Source: an uncultured Gemmatimonadales bacterium (GTDB taxonomy: Bacteria; Gemmatimonadota; Gemmatimonadetes; Gemmatimonadales; GWC2-71-9). From it: 64,000 nt of DNA. The stretch lies in contig CAWJIM010000019.1 in assembly GCA_963842945.1 (NCBI GenBank), positions 352,001 through 416,000 on the forward strand, given 5' to 3'. The notes beneath the pieces were generated by a model, which did no database searches, was not told where the DNA came from, and saw only the letters and a list, made by a program, of their open reading frames with translations. The position numbers and the translations under genes are program-made. Of this stretch, positions 51,574 through 61,473 are shown piece by piece; position 1 is the stretch's first letter, and the number at the start of each line of letters is the position of its first letter.

Positions 51574-51653
51574 GCGTGAGCGGGACAAGGGCGAGCGTGA
51601 GCGGTAAGCGGGAACAACCTCACCGCTTACGCCTGTCCTAGTCCCGCTTACGC
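51574..51653. repeat. Inverted heptamer-like array downstream of the EF-G gene
   Basis: GCGTGAGCGGGAC...GCGTGAGCGGTAAGCGG / CACCGCTTACGC...GTCCCGCTTACGC. Confidence 0.7.
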
Positions 51654-53696
51654 TGGTTGCAGTTCTCGCTCCTTCTGATTCTCCGCCGCCACCTTCGCCG
51701 AGACCTCGGGCGGCGCCTCGGCGTACCCGTGGAACTTCTGCCGGTGGGTGCCCCGCCCGTGGGTGATCGAGTGCAGCGTGGTGGAGTACTTGTACAGCTC
51801 CGCTTCGGGTACCACTGCCTTGACCTTGGTCAGCCGTCCATCCTGCTCGGTGCCGAGGATGTGCCCCCGGCGCGAGCTGAGGTCGCCCATCACGTCACCC
51901 AGCACGTCGTCCGGGGTCCAGACCTCCACGTCTATCAGCGGCTCCAGCAGCACCGGCCGGGCCTTGGGAGTCACATTCCGGAAGGCCATGATGCCCGCCA
52001 TCTTGAACGACATCTCGTTGGAGTCCACGTCGTGATATGACCCGTCGAAGCACTCGACCTTGAAATCGACTAACGGATATCCGGCAATGACTCCTCGGAC
52101 CGCTGCCTCCTGGATCCCGCGATCCACCGCCGGGATGTACTTGTTGGGGATCACGCCCCCGACGATCTCGTCCACAAACTCGTAGCCCGACCCTCGTGGC
52201 AACGGTGCTACCCGGATCCAGCAGTCGCCGTACTGGCCCCGGCCGCCGGACTGTTTCTTGTGTTTCCCCTGGCCCTCCGCCCTTCCTTTAATGGTCTCGC
52301 GATAGGCTATCCGGGGCCGGGCCAGCTCGGCATGGACCCCGAACTTCCGCTCCAGCCGGTGGAGGATGGTGTCGAAGTGCCGCTCGCCCATGCCGTGGAT
52401 CAGGGTCTGGCCCAGCTCCGAGCTGTATTCGAAGTGGAAGGTGGGATCTTCCTCATGCAGCTTGTGCAGGCCGGCAGCGAGCTTGTCCTCCTCTCCTCGC
52501 TGTTTCACCACCACCGCCGACGTGGCAACCGCCTCGGGGAACGGAATAGGCGGCAGCCTGACCGGAGCCTCCCGCCAGCAGAACGTGTCGCCGGTGTGAG
52601 TGTCCTTCAGCTTGGCCACCGAGCCAATGTCCCCGGCGGAGAGCCGCTCCACCTCCATCCGCTCCTTCCCCTGCTGAATGGAGAGGTGGTTCAGCTTCTC
52701 CACCGTCTCGTGCTCGGCGTTGAAGACCTCACCGCCGTTGCGGATCTCGCCGGTGTAAAGCCGGAACAGGGTCACGTCACCCACGTGCGACTCGGACAGC
52801 GTCTTGAACACCCGCCCCACCAGCGGCGCATCCACTGGCGGCTTCACCTCGGCGGGAGAGGGGAACAGCTCCACCATCTTCTTGAGCAGCGTGCGAGTGC
52901 CGTAGGTCAGCTCACCGCTGCCGCAGAAGAGCGGAACGATGGCGCCCTCGATCACTGCCCGCTTGATCGCCCTGATGAAAGCATCCCGCGAGATCTCCTG
53001 GCCCCCCAGGTAACGCTCGATCAGCTCGTCGTCGGTGGAGGCCACGGCCTCGGTCAGCTGCTCGGTGTACTGCTGAAACAGGGCCTGGTACTCGTCGGGA
53101 ACCGGTACGATGTCGTACTCTCCGGTCTTGGTGCCCTTCTTATAGAAGTGGCAGTGCCCGGAGAACAGGTTGATGATCCCGTGGAAGTCGTGCCCGTCGC
53201 CGATGGGAATCTCGACCGGGACGACCTTGGGGCTCAGATGGGTCTTCACATCGTTGAAGACCCGCTCGAAGTCGGCGTGCTCCTTGTCCATCAGGGATAC
53301 GAAGAGGACCCGGGGCAGGTGCAGCTGGTCGCAGACTTCCCAGACTTTTTCGGTGCCCACCTCCACCCCACCCGTCCCGCTGAGAACGACGACGGCGGCA
53401 TCGGCCGCGTTCAGGCCGCTGACGACCTCGCCGAAATAGTCGAGGTAACCCGGGGTGTCGATGAGATTGATCTTGGTGTCGAGCCACTCGGCGTAGCCGA
53501 GGCCCAGATTGATGGAGTGCTTGCGTTCGATTTCGTCGGGAGAATAGTCGGTGAGCGTCGTACCGTCTTTGATGGAACCGTGGCGTCGGCTGGCGCCGCT
53601 TACGAAGGCCAGGGCATCTACCAGGGACGTCTTTCCGCTGGCCCCGTGCCCGACAAACGCCACGTTTCTTATGGCGTTGGAGCCATAGACCTTCAT
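51648..53696 (-). CDS. fusA: Elongation factor G paralog (EF-G2 type)
   Basis: GHGASGKT, DTPG, GMGERH, HKKQSGGRGQYG, DGSYHDVDS and LLEP. Stand-alone, not in the str operon, and lacks RGITI and NKxD. Confidence 0.9.
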   Translation of the reverse strand: MKVYGSNAIRNVAFVGHGASGKTSLVDALAFVSGASRRHGSIKDGTTLTDYSPDEIERKHSINLGLGYAEWLDTKINLIDTPGYLDYFGEVVSGLNAADAAVVVLSGTGGVEVGTEKVWEVCDQLHLPRVLFVSLMDKEHADFERVFNDVKTHLSPKVVPVEIPIGDGHDFHGIINLFSGHCHFYKKGTKTGEYDIVPVPDEYQALFQQYTEQLTEAVASTDDELIERYLGGQEISRDAFIRAIKRAVIEGAIVPLFCGSGELTYGTRTLLKKMVELFPSPAEVKPPVDAPLVGRVFKTLSESHVGDVTLFRLYTGEIRNGGEVFNAEHETVEKLNHLSIQQGKERMEVERLSAGDIGSVAKLKDTHTGDTFCWREAPVRLPPIPFPEAVATSAVVVKQRGEEDKLAAGLHKLHEEDPTFHFEYSSELGQTLIHGMGERHFDTILHRLERKFGVHAELARPRIAYRETIKGRAEGQGKHKKQSGGRGQYGDCWIRVAPLPRGSGYEFVDEIVGGVIPNKYIPAVDRGIQEAAVRGVIAGYPLVDFKVECFDGSYHDVDSNEMSFKMAGIMAFRNVTPKARPVLLEPLIDVEVWTPDDVLGDVMGDLSSRRGHILGTEQDGRLTKVKAVVPEAELYKYSTTLHSITHGRGTHRQKFHGYAEAPPEVSAKVAAENQKERELQPA

Positions 53697-53847
53697 GGCC
53701 TCCACCTCCTAGGAAAAGGGTATTTCCAAGGTGGCTGCCGCACTGGCGGTTGTCAAATGAGCTGGTATCAGCTGGTCGCGGGGGCTTGCGGACTGTGGAC
53801 TGGAGACTGAGACACCAGTCTCCAGCCACCAGACCCGGGTTAAACTT

Positions 53848-54489
53848 TTAATGATCTGGATGATGAGGGGCGAACGAGTCGATTCCACCGGCACCGGAAC
53901 CGGCTGAGTTCTGAGCCACCGTGCTGTTATTCAGGGTAAGCGGACCATGGCTGTCAATTCCACCGCCATGCTGACTGGTAGTGTTTCCCTCGACGGTGCA
54001 CCTGGTCAGAGTCAGCGCGCCAAAGTTGCTGATGCCTCCACCGGGCCGGTCTGTCCTACCGTTACGCAGGGTCAAATTCGTCAAACTCACGACGCCCTGC
54101 TCATCTATGGTCAGAAGCCGAAACGCGGGATCGGTACCCCGACGCCGGACTGTAACGCCGCTGTTGGGACCGACGATGCTGAGGGATTTGTTGATCCTCA
54201 GGGTCCCACCCCCCGCTAACGGTCGAGCGAGCGTGATGGTACCGGTGAGACCCGGGGCAAAATTGATAGTGCTGCTTCTCGAGTCTTTGATCGCCTCACG
54301 AAGCGTACACTCCTTGGCGTTGCAGATGCCGTCCCCCGGGTCAGCCAAGCTGTTCACCACCAGAACGGCAGCAGCTGAAGCGGATTCCCGGTTATTCGAA
54401 GACGAGGCCGACGGGTCGGATAACTGGTCCTCTCCGCAAGCAGCGAGCAGGAATGGCAGCGCGATCAGGAAGGGAGAGAGTCTTAACAT
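53848..54489 (-). CDS. CSLREA-domain lipoprotein with GGGI repeats, apparently truncated
   Basis: LAAC lipobox, VVNSLADPGDGIC...CTLREAI, then GGGISN, GGGIDS and AGGIDS before an abrupt end. Confidence 0.7.
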   Translation of the reverse strand: MLRLSPFLIALPFLLAACGEDQLSDPSASSSNNRESASAAAVLVVNSLADPGDGICNAKECTLREAIKDSRSSTINFAPGLTGTITLARPLAGGGTLRINKSLSIVGPNSGVTVRRRGTDPAFRLLTIDEQGVVSLTNLTLRNGRTDRPGGGISNFGALTLTRCTVEGNTTSQHGGGIDSHGPLTLNNSTVAQNSAGSGAGGIDSFAPHHPDH

Positions 54490-54654
54490 TGGAGCCTCCG
54501 TGAGCTGCCCGACCGGGACACGGTCTCACAGGCGGGCCCTGATCACATTGGAATGGTCCTTCGTGGCGTCAATTGCGCCTGCGGCGTCGCGGAGGAAAGG
54601 ACACCGGCATGTGGAGATTCGGTAGCCAGACCTTACGGCGCGGTACCGGGTACG

Positions 54655-54966
54655 TCAATAAGGGCTCTTCACGCCGGCCGTCTTCAAGGCCAGCGATGCC
54701 CGAACCGCATCCCGCGAGGAATCGATTGGCGCCATCCGTAGCGCCGCATATACCACGGGAGCCGACCCACCCGACTCCTGCACCGACCAGGCGTAGCACA
54801 TGGTGGCCGCCGGATGACGGCTGAGCCCGAACAGCGATACCTCGCCGTCGAACACCAGGGTATCTCCCAGGCTCTCGCGAACATGCTCGCTGGAGATGTA
54901 GTTGGCCTCGCAGCCGTGAAGCTCCTCCACTGACTGCTTGAGTACCATGAAATCCGCCCGGCTCAT
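54655..54966 (-). CDS. Hypothetical protein
   Basis: GGAGG RBS upstream. Co-oriented, 12 nt after the upstream gene. Confidence 0.7.
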   Translation of the reverse strand: MSRADFMVLKQSVEELHGCEANYISSEHVRESLGDTLVFDGEVSLFGLSRHPAATMCYAWSVQESGGSAPVVYAALRMAPIDSSRDAVRASLALKTAGVKSPY

Positions 54967-54978
54967 CCGCCCTCCGCC

Positions 54979-55545
54979 TTACCGGTCAGCCCGGTCGATC
55001 TCCGCACCACTTAACCGCCGCTCGGCGCCGACGTTGGGCGGGGTACCGGTCAGCATCCCCTTGGCCACCTCAAAGAGCACGACCGGAGCAGGCTTATCGA
55101 CCTTGAGGTACATCACCGACTGGACGTCCACCAGAATCAGGGCGAGTCGGGGGTCTTCCGGGCCTCCGTCCCGCTCTCCGCCCTGATCTCCGAACCAGGC
55201 CTTCCAGTCCTTTTGGTAGAGCTCCCGAATCGCCTGGCGGTCCTGGCTGATTGTGGCCGTTCCGCTGACCGAGACCCATTCCCGGGTCCGATCCTTATAG
55301 TAGGCCAGGTTGACGTTGGGATCTGATTCGAGCTCGTCCAGCTTGTTGGATTCGATGTCGGTCACGAACCAGAGATCGGTCCCTTCGGCCTGGGTCTGGG
55401 TCGCCATTGGGCGGGAGACCAGCTGCCCATCGGGCCGCCGGGTCGTGAACATGGCGATCTCGATTCCCTCGATCAGGTCATAGAGATCCTTCAGCTTCTT
55501 GCCGAGCGGAGCGTTGTCGCGATTGCGGTCCTTGGCTGTACTCAT
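54979..55545 (-). CDS. Pyridoxamine 5'-phosphate oxidase-like general stress protein
   Basis: AMFTT, LVSRPMATQ, LWFVT, VSVSGTA, KAWF and GPEDPRLALI. Confidence 0.85.
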   Translation of the reverse strand: MSTAKDRNRDNAPLGKKLKDLYDLIEGIEIAMFTTRRPDGQLVSRPMATQTQAEGTDLWFVTDIESNKLDELESDPNVNLAYYKDRTREWVSVSGTATISQDRQAIRELYQKDWKAWFGDQGGERDGGPEDPRLALILVDVQSVMYLKVDKPAPVVLFEVAKGMLTGTPPNVGAERRLSGAEIDRADR

Positions 55546-55653
55546 GATGGCCTTCACTGTGAGGACGGGAACTTCGGATGGGGCAGAGATTACCGCGCGG
55601 TGGGCCGGAGCGAAAGGTCGCCCGTCACATGAGATACTCGTGAGAGACGTTTC

Positions 55654-56103
55654 CTATTTGACAGGGACCTTTCCCTTGCTGATGGCCTTGCGCCGCGCCG
55701 CCGCCCGCTCCCGCAAGGCTTCCTTGGCGCTCTTCCAGTTGAATGCCGCGGCCGTCACGGCGCCCAGCGGGGTAAAGAACGCGGCTCCGCTGAAGCCGCC
55801 CACCAGGAGACCGGCAACCACACCGGCGCCGGCACCGCAGAGCACCAGGGGTCCCAGCTGCGCCGCCATGCCGGGAGTATCCGCCAGGGAGTCCCGCCAG
55901 TCCTCCGTCAGCAGCATCAGCGCGGTATAGAGGATCCCCATGCCCAGTCCACCGGCGGCCGCGGCCAGACTGAGGGAAGGGATCCAGGAGACCTGCCCGG
56001 TTCTCAGGACCTGGGCAATCCCCAGAACAAGACCGGTCACGGCCCAGGTTATGGTCCACAGCAGTATCGTGTCCTGTAACTGCCGAAGTTTCGATTTCCT
56101 CAT
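55654..56103 (-). CDS. Hypothetical membrane protein
   Basis: Four hydrophobic segments. Confidence 0.65.
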   Translation of the reverse strand: MRKSKLRQLQDTILLWTITWAVTGLVLGIAQVLRTGQVSWIPSLSLAAAAGGLGMGILYTALMLLTEDWRDSLADTPGMAAQLGPLVLCGAGAGVVAGLLVGGFSGAAFFTPLGAVTAAAFNWKSAKEALRERAAARRKAISKGKVPVK

Positions 56104-56176
56104 GCTCTCGGCTCCAGTATTCAGCGTATCGAGCCATAAGGATCGGACGCTGGAGCCGGGTTCTTCAGTCCGAGGA

Positions 56177-56213
56177 TTAGACCCCCTTTGAGCTCACCAC
56201 AAAGGGGTTAAAA
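56177..56213. terminator. Hairpin, possible terminator
   Basis: CCCCTTTG-loop-CAAAGGGG just past the hydrolase stop. Confidence 0.45.
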
Positions 56214-56216
56214 CGG

Positions 56217-57267
56217 TCATCTAGCCGGAATTTTCTGGTGTTCCGAGAACATGAACTTCCCAACAGCGGCTGCGATCGTGCGCCGTTCACACCAGAGTGC
56301 CATGTGGCCACAGTGGCTGGTCACCCACAAGGTGTCGGAGGAGACCATCCGGGCGAACTCGCGACTGGGCTCGATGGTGACGATGTGGTCCTGGGGTGAG
56401 TGGATGATCAGCAGGCGGGATCGGACCTTCGAGGCAGCTTGGGAGATATCGCCACCCAGTCGACTGCGAGGCATCATAGTGGCGAATGGCCGTAGTTGTG
56501 CCGCGAAGTCCGCCAGGTCCCAGGTTTTCGCCAGGAGCGCGGCCTCGCGAACGGATGGACGCCTCTACACTGTCCCAGCTTTCTCGGTTCACTGCGGAGG
56601 GCGTTCGCAGCATGAGGGTCATCGAGGCGCGCCACCCGGAACCACGCCTCCTCCCGGCCGACCAGGCCCGCCAGACCAGCCCCACTTCATCGAGATACTT
56701 GGTCCAGAGCAGCCGATCGAAGTTGCCAACCCGGGGAGAGCCACTGATGGGAATCGCCAGGTCCAGCTCAGTCGGATACCGAACCGCCCACTCGAAGGCC
56801 TGCATTCCGCCCATGGAGAATCCCAGGACCGCGCGGAGGCGCTCGATCCCGAGATGCTCGTGAACCAGCCGGTGTTGCGCTACCACCATGTCGCCTATGG
56901 TGAGCCCGGCGAATACGCCGCGAGCCGACGGAGAAGTGTTCGAGGGGGAGGAGGACAGCCCGTCGGCGAAGGCGTCAACTACTACCACGTGGAACTTCGT
57001 GGTATCCAGGATCGCATCCGGGCCAAGGAGTGGCACCCACTCGTCGGATCGGCCCAGAAGCCAGGTGGGGATCAAGACGGCATTGTCCCGGGCCGCGTTG
57101 AGTTGGCCGAACATGCGATAGGCCAGGCGACAATTGGGAATGACCGCGCCGCTGCTGAGCGAGCATGAGCCCAAGAACGCAATCTTCGGAGCAACCTGGG
57201 GAACTGCCTCGGAGGACAAGACGAGAATCGCCGCGAGGGCGGGCAAGAGAGCGCTTTTTCGAATCAT
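56217..57267 (-). CDS. Exported alpha/beta hydrolase, homoserine O-acetyltransferase (MetX)-like (frameshifted)
   Basis: YRMFGQLNAARDNAVL, SSSPSN, TIGDMV and GFSMGGMQAFEW. The C-terminal QDH and CGH motifs are in ORF 56217..56477. Confidence 0.8.
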
Positions 57268-57309
57268 GTCGGTTCACCTGATATGAGAAGAAAACTCCCA
57301 GCCAGGTTT

Positions 57310-58518
57310 CTACTTCAAATAATTGACGAAGAGCGTGATGATCAGCGCGTTGGTGAAATCGATGAAGAACGCGCCCACCAGCGGCACCACCAGAAAGGCC
57401 CTCGGCGCCGGCCCGAAGCGCGCCACCAGCGCCCGCATGTTCGCCACCGCGTTGGCCGTGGTGCCCAACACGAATCCCACGAACCCGCTGGCCATCACCG
57501 CCGAATCGTAGTCCCTGCCCATCAGCCGGAAAGACGCAGTCAGAGCGAACACCAGGACCACCACAACCTGCACCACCAGGATCACCGAGAGCGGCAGCGC
57601 CAGGTGGGCCAGCTCCCAGAGCTTCAGGTTCATCAGCGCCACCACCAGGAAGATGTTGAGCGCGAGGTTGCCCACGAATTCCATGGTGCGCTCGTCGATC
57701 CGGAACCAGCGGGTCGCGTCGTCCACGTTCCGGAGCAACGACGCAACCAGCATCGCCCCGATGTACGCCGGCAGCGTCACCCCGAGCGACTGGATGTAGC
57801 CGCTCACGATGCTGCCCAGACCCATGGCCAGCGCCAGCACCACCAGGTTCCGCACCAGGGAGGAATCCTCCCGGTCCACCTCCACCACCAGCGTCTCCGA
57901 AGACGTGCTCAGCTCGGCCTTGAGCTCCGTCCGGGAACTGCTCTCCGGGGCCAGCCGGTACCGGCGAATGAGACTGGTGCCGACCGGACCTCCCACCAGG
58001 CCGCCGCATACGATACCGGCAGTGGCCGAAGTCAGGGCCAGCTCCCCCGCGCCGCGGAGTCCCGCCTGCTCGAAGATCGGGGCGAACGCCAGGCCAGTCG
58101 CCGGTCCGCCGACCAACGTGACCGATCCAGCCATGACGCCGAGCAGCGGATTCTCCCCGAAGAGGTGGGCGATGCCCATGCCCGCGAAGTTCTGCACCAG
58201 ACAGAAGACGCTGGCGAAGAGGAGGAATACCAGAACCTGGAGTCCTCCGGCCCGGAGCAGCGCCAGGCTCGCCCCCATGCCGATCGAGGTGAAGAAGGCG
58301 ACACTGAGGGTCGCCTGCATCGAGGTGTCGAGCTGGATGGTGATGGATTGCTGGCGGAGCAGGAGGACGAGCGTGGTGAAGAGCAGGCCGCCGATCACCG
58401 CGGCGGGAATGTTGAGCCGGTCGAGCCAGACGATGCGCTTCCGCAGCTGGATGCCGGTGAAGTAGACCACGGCGCCCAGGGTCAGCGTCTGGAGCAGGTC
58501 GAGCTTGAGCTCAGTCAT
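57310..58518 (-). CDS. gltS: Sodium/glutamate symporter
   Basis: NIPAAVIGG, FFTSIG, GSVTLVGGPATG, GGLVGGP, GTTANAVANM and AFLVVPLVGAFFID. Confidence 0.92.
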   Translation of the reverse strand: MTELKLDLLQTLTLGAVVYFTGIQLRKRIVWLDRLNIPAAVIGGLLFTTLVLLLRQQSITIQLDTSMQATLSVAFFTSIGMGASLALLRAGGLQVLVFLLFASVFCLVQNFAGMGIAHLFGENPLLGVMAGSVTLVGGPATGLAFAPIFEQAGLRGAGELALTSATAGIVCGGLVGGPVGTSLIRRYRLAPESSSRTELKAELSTSSETLVVEVDREDSSLVRNLVVLALAMGLGSIVSGYIQSLGVTLPAYIGAMLVASLLRNVDDATRWFRIDERTMEFVGNLALNIFLVVALMNLKLWELAHLALPLSVILVVQVVVVLVFALTASFRLMGRDYDSAVMASGFVGFVLGTTANAVANMRALVARFGPAPRAFLVVPLVGAFFIDFTNALIITLFVNYLK

Positions 58519-58559
58519 GGCTGATGAGGGCCAATCTACCGCCGTTCCGTCGTTCCGTC

Positions 58560-59108
58560 CTAGTATGCGCCGTGCATCGAACCGAGAGCGGGACGAGACA
58601 CCCCGCAGCTCTCGGCGAAAACCGCCAGGGACGCCCGCACTCCACGCTCGTCGTGCTCCCACAACTCGGACAGCCGAACCGCCTCGCCGCCTCGAAGCCG
58701 CATTATCGGCCGCCACATCGGATCGCCGTCGCTATCCTTACCCTCCTCCACTTCGACACTCTCGATCTGGTCCAAGCGAAACTGCCGCGTCCGGCGGCCC
58801 AGAATCCCCCATCGTATCACGGTCACAGAGCGGCGGGTAAGATCGAGCCGAAGCATCGTGCCCGGGTTCTGCGCCAGCCACCACAGCGCGCCGCTCGATA
58901 CACCCATCCCGATGAGGAGGCTGGTGAGCCGCTCCCACGGCTCCAGGTCGCCCGCATTGTTCGCCAGCCCGAGGGGCATGGCCATCCCGATGATGCCGCC
59001 GGCCAGGAGGAAGAGACCGAGGAGCCAGAACGGAGCGGCTCGGTCCCGCATCGAGATCACACCGCCCTCCCGCTGGATTCGCATCGACCCACCGTCGCGC
59101 GGGATCAC
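58560..59108 (-). CDS. Hypothetical membrane protein (2 TM + soluble domain)
   Basis: Two TM helices and DSDGD. Overlaps the upstream stop. Confidence 0.65.
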   Translation of the reverse strand: MIPRDGGSMRIQREGGVISMRDRAAPFWLLGLFLLAGGIIGMAMPLGLANNAGDLEPWERLTSLLIGMGVSSGALWWLAQNPGTMLRLDLTRRSVTVIRWGILGRRTRQFRLDQIESVEVEEGKDSDGDPMWRPIMRLRGGEAVRLSELWEHDERGVRASLAVFAESCGVSRPALGSMHGAY

Positions 59109-59587
59109 TTCCGGTTTCCCACCCGCTGGTTGATCAGGTCGGTGATCGCCCGGGGGTCGCCGTCGGTGCCCACCAGCGTGAGGTAGAGTGCGGGGGGTCC
59201 TGCCTCGAGAGCCTTGCGCGCGATGAACTGCCGGGCCGGAGGCAGCCGGCGAATGAACCGCTCGGAGTCGCGGACCTCCAGCGCTACCACCGACACGCTG
59301 CCGATGGTTTGCACCGCGGCCGTGCGAATCTCGCTCCAGTCGATCGGGCCCACCGGCAACATGCTGTCACGGATCCCCGAGTCGTCAATCACCAGCCGCT
59401 CGGTCTCTTCGCCCAGCGCCCGAACCAGGAGCAACGCCCAGCCGCTGCCCAGCACGGCCAGACTCCAGCCGGCAAGCCGCGGCAGACCCAGCACCAGAAG
59501 CGCCGCGCCTGCGCCCAGCAGGAGCAGCGCGACTCCCAACTTGCGATAGAGGTGTCTGGGCGAGGTGTGGAGCACGATGCGGGACAT
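59105..59587 (-). CDS. Membrane protein with PH-like domain
   Basis: Two TM helices, then LVIDDSGI...GPIDWSEI. Confidence 0.65.
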   Translation of the reverse strand: MSRIVLHTSPRHLYRKLGVALLLLGAGAALLVLGLPRLAGWSLAVLGSGWALLLVRALGEETERLVIDDSGIRDSMLPVGPIDWSEIRTAAVQTIGSVSVVALEVRDSERFIRRLPPARQFIARKALEAGPPALYLTLVGTDGDPRAITDLINQRVGNRK

Positions 59588-59620
59588 GCTGAGAACTATC
59601 GGATGATGTCCCGCCTCCCT

Positions 59621-60238
59621 CTAGTGCAGCGTTTTCCCTTCCCTCAGCATCCGGACGAACTCCTCCAGCCTGCGCGACCGGGTCTCCGGCCGCTTGGCGT
59701 CGTGCAGCCGGTACAGAATGGCGTAGCGGTTCTGGCTGTTCAGTCCCTCGAAGAACCGGCGGGCCTCGGGGTACTTCTCCAGTGCAGCCTGGAGATCTTC
59801 CGGCGGCCGGATCTGGCTGGGCGACGGGTAGGCCGCGTCCCAGCGGCCGTCCCGCTGCGCCTCCGCCATCTGTCGCACTGCCGCCGGCGCCAGCCGCCCC
59901 ACGGCGTGCAGCCGCTCGACCGCCGCCCGGTTGATCTGCGACCACTTGCTACGTGCGCGCCTGGGCGTGAACCGCTGCCGGTACACCTTGGCGTCGACCC
60001 CCGCGACCAGCCCGTCGATCCAGCCGTAGCAGAGCGCCACCTCGAGCGCTTCCTTATAGGAGACCGTGGTCAGGCCGCTCTCCTTCTTGGCGAATTCCAG
60101 CCAGACCCCGGGCGACAGTTCGTGGTGTTTCTCCAGCCACTTTTCCCAGGCGGCCTGTGAGCGGAATCGTTTGACCACCAGGTCGGGTTTGGCCGATTTT
60201 TTCTTTGTCGCCGGCTTCGTCTTTTTCGTCGCCTTCAT
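59621..60238 (-). CDS. YdeI/OmpD-associated family protein
   Basis: WEKWLEKHH, ALCYGWIDG, FTPRRARSKWSQIN and AKRPETRSRR. Confidence 0.9.
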   Translation of the reverse strand: MKATKKTKPATKKKSAKPDLVVKRFRSQAAWEKWLEKHHELSPGVWLEFAKKESGLTTVSYKEALEVALCYGWIDGLVAGVDAKVYRQRFTPRRARSKWSQINRAAVERLHAVGRLAPAAVRQMAEAQRDGRWDAAYPSPSQIRPPEDLQAALEKYPEARRFFEGLNSQNRYAILYRLHDAKRPETRSRRLEEFVRMLREGKTLH

Positions 60239-60251
60239 CTAAGCTTCCTCC

Positions 60252-61473
60252 ATGCGCTCCAGCGTCCGCGCTCTGGTTCTGCTGCCACTCCTGCTCGTCC
60301 TCGCCGGAAGCCACTCACCCGGCCACGTCCCCGGTGCGCCGGCGGGCCCCACTGTCGTGCTGATCGGACTCGACGGATTTCACCCCAGCTACCTGAGCCG
60401 CCCACCCAGCCGGCATCTGCGTGAGCTGGCCCGCCAGGGGGTTCAGGCCACATGGATGATCCCGGTTTTTCCGACTCTCACCTTCCCCAACTTCTATAGT
60501 ATTGCGACCGGGCTCTACCCCGAGCATCACGGCATCGTCTCCAACACCATGGCCGATTCGGCGCTGGGCAACTTTTCCCTGCGCGACCGAAGCTCGGTGG
60601 AGGACCCGCGCTGGTGGGGCGGCGAGCCGATCTGGGTAACCGCGGTCAAGCAAAACCAGCGGGCCGCGACCTATTTCTGGCCCGGCTCCGAGGCCCAGAT
60701 CAAGGGGGTCAGACCCACGTACTACAAGATGTACGACGCGAGCGTCCCCAACGCCGCGCGGGTAGAGCAGGTGCTCCAGTGGCTCTCGCTTCCATCCGAC
60801 CAGGCGCCATCCCTGGTGACGCTGTATCTCAACGACGTGGACGACGCCGGCCACCGTTTTGGGCCGAACGCGCCGGAGACTGACTCCGCTATCGCCCGGG
60901 TGGACAGCGCGGTCGGAGCATTGATGGACGGAGTGGAACAGCGCGGTTTGACCGGCAGGGTGAATCTGATCGTGGTGTCGGACCACGGCATGGCGGAGGT
61001 GGCTCCGGATCACATCATCCATCTGGAGCAGTTCATCGATACCGCGGCGGTGCACCTGGTGGACCAGGGCGCCATCGTGTCGCTCTCGCCCAAGGCCGGC
61101 CGGGGCGACGAGATCATCGCTCGGCTCCGGCGGGCGCCCCATCTCAAGGTGTACCGGAAATCCGAGATCCCGGCCGCCTTCCATTATCGAGCGCACTCCC
61201 GGATCCAGCCGATCGTCGCCGTTGCCGATGAGGGCTGGATCGCCACCGCCCGAAGCGGCGGCCCAAGTCCCCGAGGGAATGCACGGCTACCCGACCGATC
61301 TGCCATCGATGCGGGCGCTCTTCCTGGCGCGCGGGCCCGACTTCGCCCGGGGTGCCGTCGTCCCGCCGTTCGGGAACATCCATATCTACGATCTGGTCGC
61401 CCACATACTGAGACTCACCCCGGCACCCAACGACGGGAGTCTCGATTCCCTGAGGGCGGTGCTCTCGAAGTGA
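60252..61473 (+). CDS. Nucleotide pyrophosphatase/phosphodiesterase family protein (frameshift near 61265)
   Basis: LDGF, PTLTFPNFYSIATG, DDAGH and SDHGM. GMHGY...PAPNDGS is in ORF 61222..61473. Confidence 0.9.
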
